A stretch of 64,000 nucleotides of DNA, from NCBI GenBank assembly GCA_030704615.1, contig CM060733.1, positions 62,992,001-63,056,000 of the forward strand, read 5' to 3'. Under the pieces are notes generated by a model. It had not been told where the DNA came from. It was given only the letters and a program-made list of their open reading frames with translations, and searched no databases. Origin of the DNA: Takakia lepidozioides (taxonomy: Eukaryota; Plantae; Bryophyta). Position numbers and translations under genes: made by a program. Shown here one piece after another: positions 13,551 to 28,128 of this stretch; the first letter of the stretch is position 1; each line of letters opens with the position of its first letter.

Positions 13551-13689
13551 ACGCTTGTTTTGCCCGCCTTGATCATATGTGCTTGGCCTAGCGACAAGTG
13601 CTCCATACTCCGTTTGTAACCCCGGTGCAGCCCGTGACTGCTCTTGCGTTTCAACATGCAAATCATGCTGCAATGGTTTGTCATGGATA

Positions 13690-13810
13690 CCACTGTACCC
13701 CTTCAACTTATTGGCATTGACTCTTCCCAGCATTTCTTTATTAATGGTTTGTAACATGGCGGTGTTGTTATCATACATCTTTTGTATGACATAAGGTCCT
13801 TTCCATGCTT
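13690..13810 (-). pseudogene. Gypsy integrase C-terminal GPY/F fragment; the rest of pol is absent
   Basis: WKGPYVIQKMYDNNTAMLQ...LGRVNANKLKGY within ORF 13230-14033. Confidence 0.75.
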
Positions 13811-14826
13811 CCGCACTCATCTTGTAACATATGTTAGAGAGCAATTTTGATAGGTGACAGAGGATTTTAATGAGTGCTACAACCCTCATATTGGTAATCC
13901 CGGATAGAAAAGGGAATATATCCCCGGCCCCGGAATCTTCCTTCACACCCCCTCCACCCAATAAATTTTTGACCCCTATCCCTTTAAAAAAATCTGGAGG
14001 TTGCATGCCTACTCCAAATGGCATGCAATACATTGGAGCAAGTGGGCCACCTCATGCGCTACAAATGCTCAGAATGAATGAATGTAAAAAAAGTTCATCT
14101 GCAAAAGTTAGGATGGTCCTCCAGTCAGCGCGACCTGAAACAGGTCCCGTAGGAAGTTAAGGGTTAAGGGTGGTGTTTACATGCGATTCTAGTGAATAAT
14201 GAATAATGCCGTCTCGTTGGATTATTTTAGGGAATTATTGCTCAACATTCCTATTATTCTGGGAATCTTGGGCCTGATTATTGCTCAAGTTTTTCGACTT
14301 GGCTCTTGCTCCATTACATGGCTATTTTTCAATGTTGACATGTGTTAGTTTCGCATCATCGCAGTGGTCAATTACACTGTGTAATGGCCATTGGGAGCAT
14401 ACATATTTGCTTACTTTGTTATTTTTCATTTTGTTATTAGCGGCCAAGTGGTGTCAATCCGCTAACGGGCTTGCAGGCAGTTCTGTGAGGAACTGGCTCT
14501 TTACCTTGCACATTCCAGCGGGGTTTTTCACACATGGACCGGTTCCGGGGCTGGTATTGATGGAGTGGTAAGTGCAGTAATTAGAGCGCGGTAAGGGGTG
14601 GCGAAATAGGAAGAAGGTGGCGAGTCTGGCGACACAAAGCGGGGTGCTCGAGAGGTAAGCGTGCAATAAGGAGGTACTTAGCAGAGCAGTGATTGAGTGA
14701 ATGTGTGTGTGTGCAGGCACAGTGATGGCTATGGGTGCCAGCGCTTGCAGCTGGCCCTCTGCCACTACCACGGCTTAGGGTTGGGCACGAGGACAGAATA
14801 GTGTAGATCGAATTCTACACTGCGCC

Positions 14827-17800
14827 ATGAATCACCTCATCTGTTCCTGTGTGCTCGTGCTGCTGCTTTCTGTGGGAGTGGTGACGGGGCGGAATTCAAC
14901 CTGGAGGACCTTGCACGGTGAGTGTCTGGATTTCCTTGCATCTTTTGCAGATCCGTGTTGTCGAGTGTTGATGCAATGGCTCTCTTTTCTGGGCTGTTTC
15001 TGCTTCCCGAGACGTCAACTGTGGTCTTGAAAGTTTTCTCCCCTCCCAATAGATACCGGGTCTTAGTGGCTTCTCCAGTGTGAACTGGAAACGCACCTGC
15101 ATTGGTACATTGCGGGGCTGTTGTCTAGTTGTCAGGTTATCATATTTCTAACACATCAGTACAGCTCTACTGAGGCTGTAGGCTAACGTTCTCAGGTGAT
15201 GGACATACAGAAGGAATCTGTGGTGAATGATGAGCATGGTCGTCAAAAGCTCTTTGGAAGCTCAGAATCGTAGGCAAGCTGGCGGGTACTATTGAACATT
15301 TCGTCAAGAATGACCGAGTGCTGCTGGGTTGTGGCGATCATCATCGTGCAACAATGCACATCAAACTCAACTGTGTGAAAGAATGATCCTCGATGAGGCA
15401 GTTAGCGCTCTGTTATAGAGAATTTAATTTCTGGTCCCCATCTCAGTCTGTCTGCCCCTTAGCAACAAACCCAACTTCCCCTCGCGCCTTCCCCGCCCCG
15501 CCCCCTCCGGACTCCTTCTTACTTTCGATTTTCAGCATCTTCGTTACACGGGTGCATCTTTGATGTGTCCATTGTCTCTCTCATTGCCTGAAACACTTGT
15601 GTACTTGTGCAGGCGGCTCTCCGCTTATTGTTGCGAATGGTGGCAGCTCAGGCATGTTCCCAGACCAAACTCAGCTGGCCTATGCTGACGCTCTTAATTC
15701 CAGTATGAAGGGTATTGCACTTTTGTGCGACCTTCAGTTGACTAAGGACAACCAAGGCATTTGTCGCACTAATATTGACCTTCGAGCCAGCGTCAATGTC
15801 TCGGCTTTAAACCGAACCAACACCTACACAGTGAACGGAGTTTCTGTCAATGGAAGTTTTTCAGTGGACTTCACTTTGAATGAATTACAGGGACCTACTA
15901 TTATGGGTATGTCACAACTTTCAAACCTCCAAATGTTACAGTCTTGAATAAGCTTCAGCAAAATTACCAACGCCATTTCTTTCTCAGTTGATATCGTGAG
16001 CCTCCCAGAGAGATAGGAAGACTTGACCAATATGCTTCTGAGGGGGGCAAATAGAAAGTGGCAGTGAGATGTGGACTTGCATCATCTTCGGTTGGGTAGC
16101 TTTGCAAACGCTTATTGATCACGGAACAGCACATATACAGTCCTAAAGAGACGGTTGAGCGTGAAATGCTATGTTGGTTGTGCAATCTGTGTCAAGAGAG
16201 CGTGCTTGTAGTGGATGCATCCACACAGTCCTTGTTTTAAGCTGAGAGGAGCCATGCAGCCTTTGTACATACAAACACATTAAAATAGGATCATGATTTC
16301 TGATTTCTGGTGAGGTCAGGCTGGCGGGCTGGGTTATGCCACCATTTCCTATTTGTATGTTTCTTGCATTTTAATCGTCTAGCCTTCATAACAGGGCTTC
16401 ATGAGGCATGGAGAATCTCCATCCGCCGAGGACTTGTCCCAACCTGTAACTCAGATTCTTACCAAGCATCTCAGTTTTTGTATGGGAAAAATTAGTAAGA
16501 GTCTACACATGGTGTGAACCCACCTCATGTAGCCTGTCATTCTCTTACCAATATTAGGCAGACATGCCTAAGCTGGATGTCCAGAATTTCACTGGCTTGA
16601 ATTTCAATGGCTTGTGGTACTAGGCAAGTGATATAGACTGGATGTACCTCAGTGGGCACACAGAATATTGAACAGAATAATGAATTCATCTTTACTTTGC
16701 TGGCAAGATATGCAAAGAAGACATTTTGCCAGTGATAACTGCTTGGCCTCCTGAAAGCAGTGTTTGAAGAGCAAGTTCTTGGAATGCACCAGCAATTGTT
16801 TACTAAAGCATTTTGGTCATCATTGTGGGAACTAAGCTTGACACGCATGGTTCTTGAGATGGGGCCAGGTGTCGAATCAGCCAAATCTTGGCGGATTTGA
16901 CACCTTTTAGGGCTACATTAAAGATGTCACTACTTAAATAAGCTTGAGAATCATATTCACATCAACAGAGAAAAGGCGGGATAATGATTCAGCCATTTTA
17001 CTTTTTTCTGGGGACTCAATCTTGGCACAGACAGAGTGCAGACTTGGCCTTTTCAGCCAAGCTGGTTAGCATAAGTGTGTCTTACTGTCTCTTCTTCAAT
17101 GCCTTGGGGTACTTTGAGGTCTCTGTTTGTAGTATTTGATTCCTTCAATTGCTAGCAATCTACTGTCCTCATTGTCGTACTACTGCATGATTGTTGCGGA
17201 GATCCAACAACCATTGATTGGTTGCCTGACATCTCTTTTGGCATCTGGATCCAAGACCGTGGGGAGGTGACTGGATTTTTCCTCCTGTTCTAATACATGG
17301 GAGAGCTTGTGGTTGCAGCTTTTCAGCCAAATCAAGCACGCACTTATTTCTTTGATTCTCTATTTAAGATTCTTCAACCAGAGAATGTGTCAGATATAAT
17401 GTCTTCTTATGCACAGCTATTGAAGGCCCCTGCATATCTCTGGTTGAATGTTGAGGTATGGCTTCTGTCTCCCTCGGGGAACCACACATTACTCGAAGAC
17501 GCTTAAGTCTCAATTCATTCCCCTGTCACCTCAGGTCAAATGAGTTTTCAGAAGGGTCAAGGAACGTCCGGTATACCCATTGGATATTGCAGCCACACAC
17601 CTTCTCATTTGATGTAGTCTCAAAAGAAGGGGTCTGCTTTTCTTAGTCACTTTCTTGTAGGATCTGCACTTCAAAACTACAAAAAAATGTGTCAAATAAA
17701 CACTTGTTTTTGTTTCCTTGAGAAGTCTGACTCGTTTTAAGATATCCCCTTGTGGGCAGAGAGAGGAAGAGGAGAGCTTGCTGGTGTCCAATAATGTATG

Positions 17801-20800
17801 TACTTATACTAATTCCCACTGCACTCTGGCAATGGCAGAATCCAGCCTTCTTTGAGCAACACCCAGGAAAAAATAGCTTAGCAAGCTATCTCACTAATTT
17901 TTTGCCAAGGATTCACACGGACTACTTGTCGGCTACTGAGGTTGGCATACTGAGATTGATTAGTCCTGCAGCAAGGAAGGCAGGCACCAAGCTCATTTTC
18001 AAGATATATGATAAAGACAGTTTGGAGGTGAGTACAAACAAGACTTACGGCATGCTGCTGCAGAACTTAACGGACATAAGGACTTATGCCTCAGGGATAA
18101 TGGTGCCAAAGAATCTGATCTGGCCAATTGACAACACTACTCTTTATTTGCAACCTCACACGTCCTTAGTCCAAGATGCACACAGGGAAAAACTGGAAGT
18201 TTATGCATACGACTTTGCCAATGACCAGTATCCGAACAGCTATAACTACAGCTTCGATTCTGTTCAAGAGTATTTGGCCTTCGTAGCCAATCCTGATTTC
18301 TCTGTGGATGGCGTTGTCTCTGACTTTCCGTGGACAGCTTCGGAAGCTATTGGTACACCCCCTCCCCCCCTCTCTCTCTCTCTCGTTCTTTCTCCTCTGC
18401 CCACTACAAATCCCTTTCCTTGAGGAGGATCCAATCTAAGGTCTCTAGTTCAAATGATGTGGCCAGATCCCTCACAGGGGCTTTGAGCAAATTCAGCATT
18501 GGATTGAAACAGGAAGGTGGCATAAAATGCCAGTGAGGATAGCTGGGTTTTACCCAAACATTTCTAATCCTTGCGCTGTCTTCTTAAGAGATCTGGGTAT
18601 CCTTGACTCTGTGTCTCTGGCAGAGGCAAGTGCTTATTGGCCTGCCTGGATGAGGCACTCCGACTTTATGCAACATTTTGGGTTTGCTTCTTGGTTTTCC
18701 ATGGTTCTATGTTTTGCTCTGCTGTCCCATGAGCCCTCTGTACCTCTCAAGGATTTTGTAACTTTCTTTCTCTCTCTCTTTCTGTCTGAAATTTAAACTC
18801 AGGGGGGGGGGGAGGGGGGGGGGAGCGCGGAGTCTACCTTTGAACAAAAACAAAAAACAGATGTAAAGAGGAAAGGGAGATTGTCCATGCCTGATGTGCG
18901 GGTGGCCTGAAAACTCAACAATGTCCATTTTCTGATACAATTTCCAGGGTATTCTCATCACAGAATGACCCCCTGAAGACCATCAACAAGATAGTCCCTG
19001 CATCTCTGTTCACCAACTTAAAAAATCTCAAGGCTGAGCCTAAAGCCTTGGCCCTGTTGGAGTCTAATTGCTGGGCAGCTCACACAGCACACATGCTTGT
19101 GTGAAGGGTTTTCTAGAGGAATCTGGAAGGCCCGAACTTGTTCCACCCAAACTGGGCAGGGTCTATGGCCACAAGGCTACATCAAACAACGGCTTATGAG
19201 TTCATTCTTTCTTTCTGTCTGTCTGATTTATTGTCCGTGGCAAAGTGCGTTAGGTCATTATGGACCAAGAGTGGTTTACAGCTTACTTGCAAGATGCACT
19301 GTCTTCATTGGGTGGTCATTTAAATTTTTCTTTGGATTTGGTCTACTGCGACAAGTGTGGCTACTGGGCCCTGTGTCATATTTTATTCTTCTCCCCTCAG
19401 GTGGCATCGTATTCTAGACTTCTGCATTCTGCAAATATCTGTGCTGCTGAATCCAAAACACTTGAGGCCAACTGTGGCTTTCTATAGATGAGGAGAAAAG
19501 AATAGACTCACTGGAAATTATGGATTTGACTAGAAGCTATGTTCATTGACAGTTATTAGTAGAAACTCCACCTGACTAATATTGTTCCATGGGTTTGTGG
19601 ATGTGTGTAGAGTGCTATCCAGCTGGGTACCAAGTGTCTGCGGCAAATAAAGGTCAGTGCTGTGATTGTAGCTGGAAACTTATTTTTTGACTAATCACCT
19701 CCCTGCTTTTTTCTGCTAAGGGAGACAGATTTGATGAGGAAGTTTGTTGTTCTGTAGTCAATAAATAAGAGTGCAGCTGAAGTCACGGCAATTTAGTTCT
19801 CTAATCGCGTCCAGTGACCTTAGATGACTCTGCCCATGTTTTCTGGTCTACTTCCCGGCCATCTCTTTTCTCTCCTTCTTTTCTTTCTCATAAAGGACCA
19901 TTTCATTTCATTTCATTTCTCCTTGAGTGTTGTTACCACCATGCTTGGAAAGCTTCAGTGTTGCAAGATAATTGTGTTTCCTCTGCTTTTTTCCAACGAC
20001 TGTGGACACTATTAGGATTAACATTGAGGTAAGCCTTGCAGTGTGCTATTAGCATTGTATTTTGCTGTGACAAGACAAAGACACCTCCAGTTTGGATTTA
20101 GATATCAAAGCTGGGATTTTATATGTAGCCCTGCAGAAGTAATGAGCCAACCATGGCCACCCACCCTCCTTGATACCCTTGATGTGTGCCTGTTTTCATC
20201 CATCTCTTCTCTCCCAGCTCTAATCCAGCTGACATCTTTAGACACCTTCCAGACTCTGACTTTGTGATTTTCAACACTGTGATTTGAAGGTTATCATTCA
20301 AACTTGACAATACTTGGTGCAACATTTTGTTTCTGCAGTGAGCACTGGGGGAAACATCGAGTCAAAGCTGCAGGTGGTTTCCCACAATGGGGCAAGTGGG
20401 GACTTTCCAGGCTGCACTAAGCTGTCCTACATAGGAGCAATAAATGATGGTGCTGACTATATTGACTGTCCTGTTCAAATGACTAAAGATGGCATTCCCA
20501 TTTGCAGAGAGACGGTAGATCTTCTAGTAAGCACCACTGTGCTCACGAGTCCCCTGTACGAGCCTTACTTGACCACCTACCCTGACCTCCAGAATACTGC
20601 AGGTGTTTTTACTTTTGACATCTCCTGGGCGAATATAAGTACACTAAAAGGTAATCCAACACCACGTGATAGCTCTAGATTTGAACCTCTTTGGCTTGAC
20701 TTGACTTGCGTTTTTGTCTTTCATTTTTCAAGGCTCATCACCTAAATGATCAAATTGTTTGAGAGTAGTCAAAGAGCCAGAAAGTGCACCAACTGAGAAT

Positions 20801-22570
20801 TTTTGTGATTTGTTTTCCTCCTTTGCAGCGAAGATGTTCAGTCCAAAGCAATCCTCAGGTATTGTGAGGAATCCAGCATACACCTCGGAGCAGATTTTGA
20901 CCTTGGCAGACTTTTTGGACTTCGCAAAGAACCAGTCAGTTGGCGTGTATATTGATGTTCAGGTATTCAAAGAACGTACAAGGAGAGTACGGGAGTTGAT
21001 TGCTTCTCTACTCCTGGGGTTGGATTACAATGACGCCATCAACTTGATATTTCCTGGATTATGATGTTACATAGAAATGTCCACAAGTTGTTAGTGGCAT
21101 GCACTAGACTGAACAGGGGTGACTGTTTGGGAGGTGCAAAAGGAGAATTCATCAGGAAGCTGATAATTCATCGCATGAGCCACAAGGCAATAGTGCAAGT
21201 TAGTCCATGAGTTGCATATTTAATTGACACCCCTGTGTGGTTCTTTCTGGGTGAAGTCGTGTCTCAAAATACTGTGTCCCAGTAACGCACCTTTACTGGC
21301 GTCATGCTTTTGCTCATGCATGAGTCTGACTATGGCTTGGCTGCCACTGTAGAATGCCTACTACTTGCGAACCCAACACAACTTGGATGCCGTTGACGCA
21401 GTGGCGAATGCTCTTACTACAGCAGGCTTTACGAACCAGACCAAACGAGTGATATTGTCATCAACAGATAGTGCTGCCTTGGTTGCATTCCAACAGCTAT
21501 CGCCCTACTATGAGCGCATCTACCGCGTTCCTTACAATGATAAGTCCCCTATTTCCATCACGCTGACGGTTTTCCAGGTCAGTCTCTCCTTTTGCCTTTG
21601 CCTTTGCCTTGAGGTCTCACTCGTGGGTATATGGCTTCTTTCCTGTTTTGTTCATTAGTAGGGGTTGGATCTACTTGTGAAGCTGTATTTTTATTAGGGG
21701 ACTTCATGAAGTACTGCGGACATGAAGGTCTGTAGTAGTGTGGGTATGCGAGTCTCATGTCTAGTGAGAGGCATTCTTAAGGGCAGCTTGTAAGGTGTGG
21801 CACATGAGTTACCAGCACTCTATTAAACGTGTGCATGCCTATCCAACTGATCATTGTACCAACCCTCTGTATTTTGAGGGTTCTCAGGATTATGCTAGAA
21901 ATGCAAATAAAATCAACTTAAAACATTCTGCCTTGCAGGAGATCAAAAAATTTTCAAACAAAGTGGCGATCGATAGCAGAATCGTTGAGTCCATAGACAA
22001 TACTACATACTTTTTGAATGCGCAATCCAACGTTGTAAGTCTGGCACATTTGGCAAATCTGACTGTCTTCTACTACTTTCTACTCAACGAGTTCACTGCC
22101 TACGCTTTTGATTACCGGTCTGACCCCATTCTACAACTCAACACTCTTGTGCAAACATACCAAATCGATGGTCTCATCACTGATTTCCCAGCTACTGCAT
22201 CTGCCTATTTAAGAAGTAAGATGGCTCTTCCTTCTCCTTCTCACTGTTCATATTCCTCAAAAAGCTGCTGGATTGGAGCCAATTCTGCCTCCTCAGATTA
22301 CTCAGTTTTTTAGTTTGTTGTGCAGGTAACCACTGTGTTCAAGCAGCCCTGTCTACTTCAGCAGCAAACTATCCTATATATCCAGTGCAACCTGGATATC
22401 TGGAGAGTTTGATCAGCCAGGCACCTCCAGGGGCCCCAGCACCCACTGTGGTTGTGGAGGAACCCACCATCTCTTTCCCGATTCCTGCAAGGTCACCCAA
22501 TGCAAGCCCATTTAGCATCTTTTCCATAATGTTTGCAAGTTCTTTCATGTTATATCTCTTTTTGGAGTGA
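14827..22570 (+). CDS. GDPDL: Glycerophosphodiester phosphodiesterase-like protein with two GDPD domains, signal peptide and putative GPI-anchor signal (GDPDL/SHV3-like)
   Basis: Phase-consistent GT-AG exons: 14827-14917, 15613-15906, 17319-17455, 17839-18352, 19611-19652, 20339-20650, 20829-20962, 21353-21577, 21939-22215, 22326-22570. Motifs WRTLHGGSPLIVANGGSSGMFPD, CDLQLTKD, DFSVDGVVSDFPWTASEAI, SHNGASGDFPGCT, DCPVQMTKDG, IDGLITDFPATA. Pro-rich then hydrophobic C-terminus. Confidence 0.93.
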
Positions 22571-23187
22571 GTTCAGGCCACATTTGCCTAGAGAGAAAAA
22601 CGGAGTTGTATTTTGTCTGAAATTACGAATTGTATTGCATTTTTTTCTGTTAGTTTAGAATCTTATCTGAAGGGGAAACCATGGACCTTGGACCTTGCAT
22701 CCGATCAGTTCAGAGTAAAGGACTTTCCAAAAATTAGAGGTTGTGTAGTTTTGGTCACAAATGTGAGAGCGTTAAATGTTATTGTATTTTTCCACAATCT
22801 CAGGTAAGATGTAACTTTCTGTGGTAAAATATTCTTATATGGCTCTTATGTGAGTCTTTCTTCTCTTAAGGTGGACGTTGCAGTGATAAAACTATCTGAT
22901 CTGCTATTAGATTTTGAAACAAATTTAGCCTCAAATTTTCATATATATGTCGAACTATGTCGGCCAGGATCTGCCGATTTAGCAGGCAAAGGTTGTCTTT
23001 AGCACCCAAAGCGCCGCTCCAAGGCCACTTTACCAGTTGGCAGCTTGCAGCCATAAATGAATCATCCCCACTGCAGGCTCCACTTGGTACAAGAGATCCT
23101 GGCCCTGTCACAAAAAGCTCCGTCTCCTACTACGTTCTCTTACAATACAGGGCTCCACAACCCCAGTGCAAGTCTCTGGTCACCAAG

Positions 23188-23345
23188 ATGCCTTGGTTGA
23201 GTGAGCTAGGCGATGTAGATTCTGAGAGCAAGAAGGGGAAGAACTTTGTTGAAGATGAGGAGGAGCAACTGTGCTGCAGTTTTCTTCACATTTCTCAAGA
23301 CCCAACGATAGAAAACAGGCAGCGATCAAGCGCTTTGGTGTGGCT
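23188..23345 (+). pseudogene. Fragment of a Myb/SANT-like ORF of PIF/Harbinger type
   Basis: KGKNFVEDEEEQLCCSFLHISQDPTIENRQ resembles the 'NF...Ed..Lc....is.Dp..g..Q' pattern of such ORFs. Short and without context. Confidence 0.45.
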
Positions 23346-24294
23346 CCCATTTAAGCGACGGCGTCCTGGTTGTCCACCTTGTGAGATTGCGCACTCTCTT
23401 TCTGAATATAGAGTTTGACATCATCCCTCCTGCTCCGTATCCACGACTTGTTAGATGGGATATCCTGTTCGTTTTTAGAGAACAGGGGACAGAGGCCCTG
23501 ATTAATTTATTGATAAGGAGTAAGGAGAAAATAACCTTACAAATAAGCCATAAGGCAGATGAAAGAGGTTCCACTCGTGACCAAAGACCAGTGCCGAGTC
23601 TGATCGGAGGGCAAAACAGGCTAAAATAGGTTGAAGGAGAAGGTGCCCACACCACCACATCCTCGATCTTGTGCCATGACCCATGGAGGATTTTTCCGGA
23701 CCATCAACCCAAAAGGACCTCTCGTGTGTGCTGCTTGTGTCTGTAATCAGGTAATGCCGGATTGGTTTGTGAGAACCACCACGGTGCAGCTGAGAGGGCA
23801 AAACAGGTTGAAATAGGTTGAAGAAGAAGGTGCCTCACCACATTGTCCTTGACCTTGTGTCATGACCCATGGAGGATTTGACGGACCATCAACCCAACCG
23901 GACCTCTCGTGTATGCTGCTTGGGTATGTAGTCAGGTAATGTCGGATTGGTCTATGAGCACCACCATGGTGCAGCTGAGCAGGCAGACATTGAAACACAG
24001 CCTGCTAAGACCAAGCTAACTCTCCCAACAACCTTGTAAACATCATGAAGAATACCAAATCATGGTACTAACAGGAGCCAAGGGAGGAAAGAAAAGAAAG
24101 GGGGGAGATCACACTAAAACGGAGAAGAAAACAAAACGCAACTTCAAGGATGCCCAGCAACCCGGAAACAGCGAGACAGGACACGAACTAAACTTAAGAA
24201 GCGCGGATTGAACCCCACAGCGACTACAATCAGGAAGAAAAAGCGCGCATCACGAGGAGAACATAAATAAAGGCCTGCAAGACAAGGATCGCTA

Positions 24295-25201
24295 TCGTGT
24301 GAGCAGCTCACGTGAGTAAGCTCACGTGAGTACGCTCACGCTTTGCACACTAATTGTGAGCAGAATCCCTTAAGCGTGAGCAGATTTTAAGCGTCAGCAG
24401 ATTAGGGAAGCGGAGCCTACAGCCGAGGTAATACAGGCCTATTGTCGTGGACGCAAACTCTTCTAAATGCAAATTCACGTAGGCGGTCAGGAACCAAACA
24501 TGTCGTGCTCAATGCATGCAATGTGGGATGAATATGTGATGAAAAATGGCCGGATGAAAGAAGCATAGATGAATGAAAGAAGTGGATGGATGAATGTGGG
24601 ATGAACGTGAGCCCTGAAGAATGGAGCATGCATGGACTGAAATAAAATTGATTGTACGGCAAACACGGCATTGACGACAATTCTATACCCGGGGAAACAC
24701 GGGGAAACCGTAACTACAAACACTGATCCCACAACCCAAATTTCAAACCCCCAAGGAAAGCCGTAAACCGAAAACCCATGTCCGCAATGATAAACCCCAA
24801 ACCTCAAACCTCAAACCCCAAAGCAGAAATGGAGCAAACCCAGAACGGTAACCCTAATTCAAATGGCACATAGGAATCCAACCCAAAAACCAATTAAAAC
24901 ATTTAAAATTAAAACAAAACCTAAGCGAACAGCCATGTTCTACCACTGAAACAGGTTGGGCATTAAGGTGGCGTCAACGCCACCTTAATTCGCAGCCCTC
25001 ACAAGGAACGTGACAATTCACCCCAAAAACCAAAAATAAAAATAAAAATGAAATAAAAGCCTTGGCGAGGAGCCATGTTCGTAAAGGGAAACAGGCTCTG
25101 CATTAAGGTGGCATCAACGCCACCTTAATTCCCAGCCCCTGTTAGAGCTTAATTCCATCCCACATTAAGGTGGCGTCTTAATCTGGCACATTCGGAAGGA
25201 A

Positions 25202-25238
<37 letters not shown>

Positions 25239-26035
25239 TTCCGAATGTGCCAGATTAAGGTGTCGTCAACGACATCTTAACATGACAGCTCACAAATCAG
25301 GTGTGATTTCGCTCCCAGGCGTTTCCCTTTAAAAAAAAAAAAAAACATGACAATTCATCCCAAAAACAATAAAATTATTAAAAACTAAATAAAAGCCTTG
25401 GCGAGCACCCATGTTCGTAGAGGGGAACAGGCTCTGCATTAAGGTGGCGTTAAGGTGGCGTCAACGCCACCTTAATCTGGCACATTCGGGAAAAATAAAA
25501 ATAAAAAACACTAAAATAAAACTGATTTTTTTATTATTTTTTTAAATTCTAGATTTGACGACACCTTAATCTGACTGGTCTTCTTGGCTGGAATTAAGCT
25601 TCTGCCAAATTAAAATACACTTATTTAAACTCAACAACACATACAATTTCCGTTGAGCTTCTTTTAGACACTTGAATTTTTTCAATATCCTTCTGCTTAG
25701 AGGGGTGGAGATTAAGCTAGCGTCAATGCCATCTTAATCCAAACCCAGACAGATAGACAAACAGACAGGGTTCTTGAGTGGTTTCTGCTATTATGTTTGT
25801 CAATTTTCTTGTGCTTAGAGGGGTGGACATTAAGCTGGCGTCAACGCCATCTTAATCCAGACCCAGATAGATAGGTAGACAGATAGACATGTACACAAAC
25901 ATATAGACAGACAGACACACAGACAAATACACAAACAGACGGTAGGACTTGAATGGTTGTTTCTTTTCTGTTTCTCAATTTACTTGAGCTTAGAGGAGTG
26001 GAGATTAAGCTGGCGTCAACGCCATCTGAATTCAG
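24295..26035. repeat. Non-coding remnant of a subfamily-D-like element: GTGAGC/GCTCAC repeats (24297-24400) and about 8 palindromes ATTAAGGTGGCGT-CA-ACGCCACCTTAAT
   Basis: Palindrome copies near 24962, 25102, 25164, 25253, 25450, 25710, 25829 and 26003. The same two motif types flank the MTase-like gene at 55975-56060 and 57857-58057. Confidence 0.7.
25207..25235. repeat. (TA)n microsatellite
   Basis: Directly visible. Confidence 0.95.
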
Positions 26036-26224
26036 ACCCAGACATGTAGCCATTCAGACATACCATTGCAATGAGTCTCTGTGATGTGGTCGAGCAAATT
26101 CACTCAGTGGAGATGAAACACAAGATGCAACATAGGAAGGTCACAGGAGGAGAGAGACGACGTATACGGCGGTTCTTGAGGCTTACATGAATTGCTTTGT
26201 TTCTCGTGCTACGGTGGAGGAGCA

Positions 26225-26725
26225 TGAGAGACATGTTCAGGTTGTGCATCGACCGGACTTGGTCAATAGGGATGTGGATGGATTGAGTCGCAATCCATGC
26301 ACAAGCCAGCAGGATGATACTGGAGCTCGGTGGCATGGTGAGACGGATGAAGAGATGGTGTCAGGATGACATGCATCTGCCTTTTTGTGTATCTTGGCAT
26401 CGAGAGGTCAGGTTGGACCTACAACAGGGATGACTGTAGACGGAGTGTCTGAGGACCCTGAGGCTAGTGATGAGCCAGGTGGTGCCAGAGATATACATGA
26501 GGATTTGGTTGTGTTGGACTACCTCCGCACTGGAGACACGGCAGCTAGTGTGACTGCCAAGGAGAGGGATTGGATCCTACAACAAGCCAAGAGGTTCAAG
26601 TGGGAGGGGATACACCTGCTTCGAGTGTGGGAGGATGGTCGGGTGAGGATCGTGCCTCATCTAACACAGCATGCACGGTTAGTGCGGCATGCCCATAAGG
26701 AGTTGGGGCATTTTGGAGTAGGACG
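26225..26725 (+). pseudogene. Ty3/Gypsy pol fragment (end of RNase H to integrase HH region)
   Basis: VQVVHRPDLVNRDVDGLSR, then ...LVRHAHKELGHFGV. Confidence 0.7.
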
Positions 26726-26809
26726 CACTACTGCAGACTGTATTGGTGCAGACTCCATTGGTTCAATCGCGGCAAAAGGGTCAGCTTCATTCCAATGTTA
26801 AGGCATGTA

Positions 26810-27146
26810 AAACCGCGGAATACTCTATACAGGCCAGTATGCGACGTCCTTTTGCAGTGGTATACTGGATTTCCCGTTGCACGGTTACTTATTTCCATGA
26901 GCGGATCTAAAAAACCATGAGCGGACTTGTTACTGACGACATATCTTCGCCGCATTACATGATCTGGAACGTCCAAAAACGGCAAGGTCAAATAAAAAAT
27001 TATTATTTTAATACTTGTTTAATCTACCGCATTTCCAAATTTGGGGGAGTCCGCTCATGAAATCCGCGTATCTTAGACTTCGGCTCACCGCTCATGCGGC
27101 TCATGGCTCATGGCTCATGGTTTCTGCTCATGAAATAGTAAACCTC
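26810..27146 (+). mobile_element. Isolated MULE terminus (right-type TIR variant)
   Basis: GCTCATG repeats ending CATGAAATAGTAAACCTC, compared with CATGAAATAGCTAACCTC at 45871-45888. Confidence 0.7.
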
Positions 27147-27369
27147 CTCACGACACAGCAAGAACTCAGAGCAGGGAGGAGATGGGCACAACAGAGAAGA
27201 GTGAAGAGCAAAATGAGAGCGAGGCCGGCGGAAGAGGGATATATCATTGCTGCACTGCCAATGTCGTATGCGGCAGAACTTCTATTTCCTCCGACATGTG
27301 TGCTTTTATTAGACAAATCCGCACCAGTTTCAGGAGAGTTTGCAAAACTCCCTCACCGTAAGGCGGGTA

Positions 27370-28128
27370 TTTGCTCTCCGGAGCCCAATTTCGGCGCCGT
27401 TATTGGATGGACTGCGGAAGCTCCAGCCGAGAATTTTGTTTCCGGAGCCCAATTTTGGCGCCATTATTGGTTGCACTCCCCAGCCTTCAGCCGGGTATTT
27501 GGTTTCCGGACCCCAATTTCGGCGCCGTTATCGGCTGCACTCCGGTGGCTTCAGCCGAGTATTTGGTTTCCGGGGCCCAATTTCGGCGCCGTTATTGGCT
27601 GCACTCCGGAGGCTTCAGCCGGGTATTTGGTTGGCGGAGCCCAATTTCGGCACCGTTATTGGCTTCACTCCCGAGCCTTCAGCCGGCTATTTCTTTTCCT
27701 GTGTCCAATTACGGCGCCGTTATACCCAACCATCCTGCACTTCTGCAACAGTACTATCCACGGTTATAGGTCGCCATTGCGTTTTCGGAGTCTGCAAACC
27801 CGGATCCTAATTCCGCTTGCGTCTCTTCCTCTGGGATAATTTCGGTGCCGTTATTGCCCAGAATTCAGTATTTGTATGACCTGGCCTACCGGTCCATGAG
27901 CCTGGGCTCCAAGTCATGAGCGGACACTGGTACTTATGAGCGGAGTGCTTCCAGCATGAGCACAGAAATCTTCGAAAACCTTATCTTCTTATACTACTTT
28001 CGATTATTTTATAGTTTTGGGCCCGAAAAAAATCTGCCGAAATTCGAAGTGTGTTACTTTGCGGCTCATGGGTGAGCCATGCCCGCTCATGAGCTCATGG
28101 CTCATGAGCTCATGGAATAGCAACCCCC
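27370..28128 (-). mobile_element. Isolated MULE terminus (left-type TIR variant) with a ~64-bp tandem array
   Basis: Ends CATGGAATAGCAACCCCC, whose reverse complement GGGGGTTGCTATTCCATG matches 37399. Units containing CCAATTTCGGCGCCGTTATTGG at 27380-27860. Confidence 0.7.

Noticed and set aside
14150-14172. TTAAGGGTTAAGGG (and AAGGGTTAA at ~3356) as telomere repeats or piggyBac ends
   Set aside because: Only 1-2 units are present, and I found no matching opposite TTAACCC end or piggyBac transposase.
15613-15660. Missing catalytic His in GDPD domain 1 (IVANGG) as a novelty
   Set aside because: Degenerate catalytic residues are normal for the plant GDPDL subfamily.
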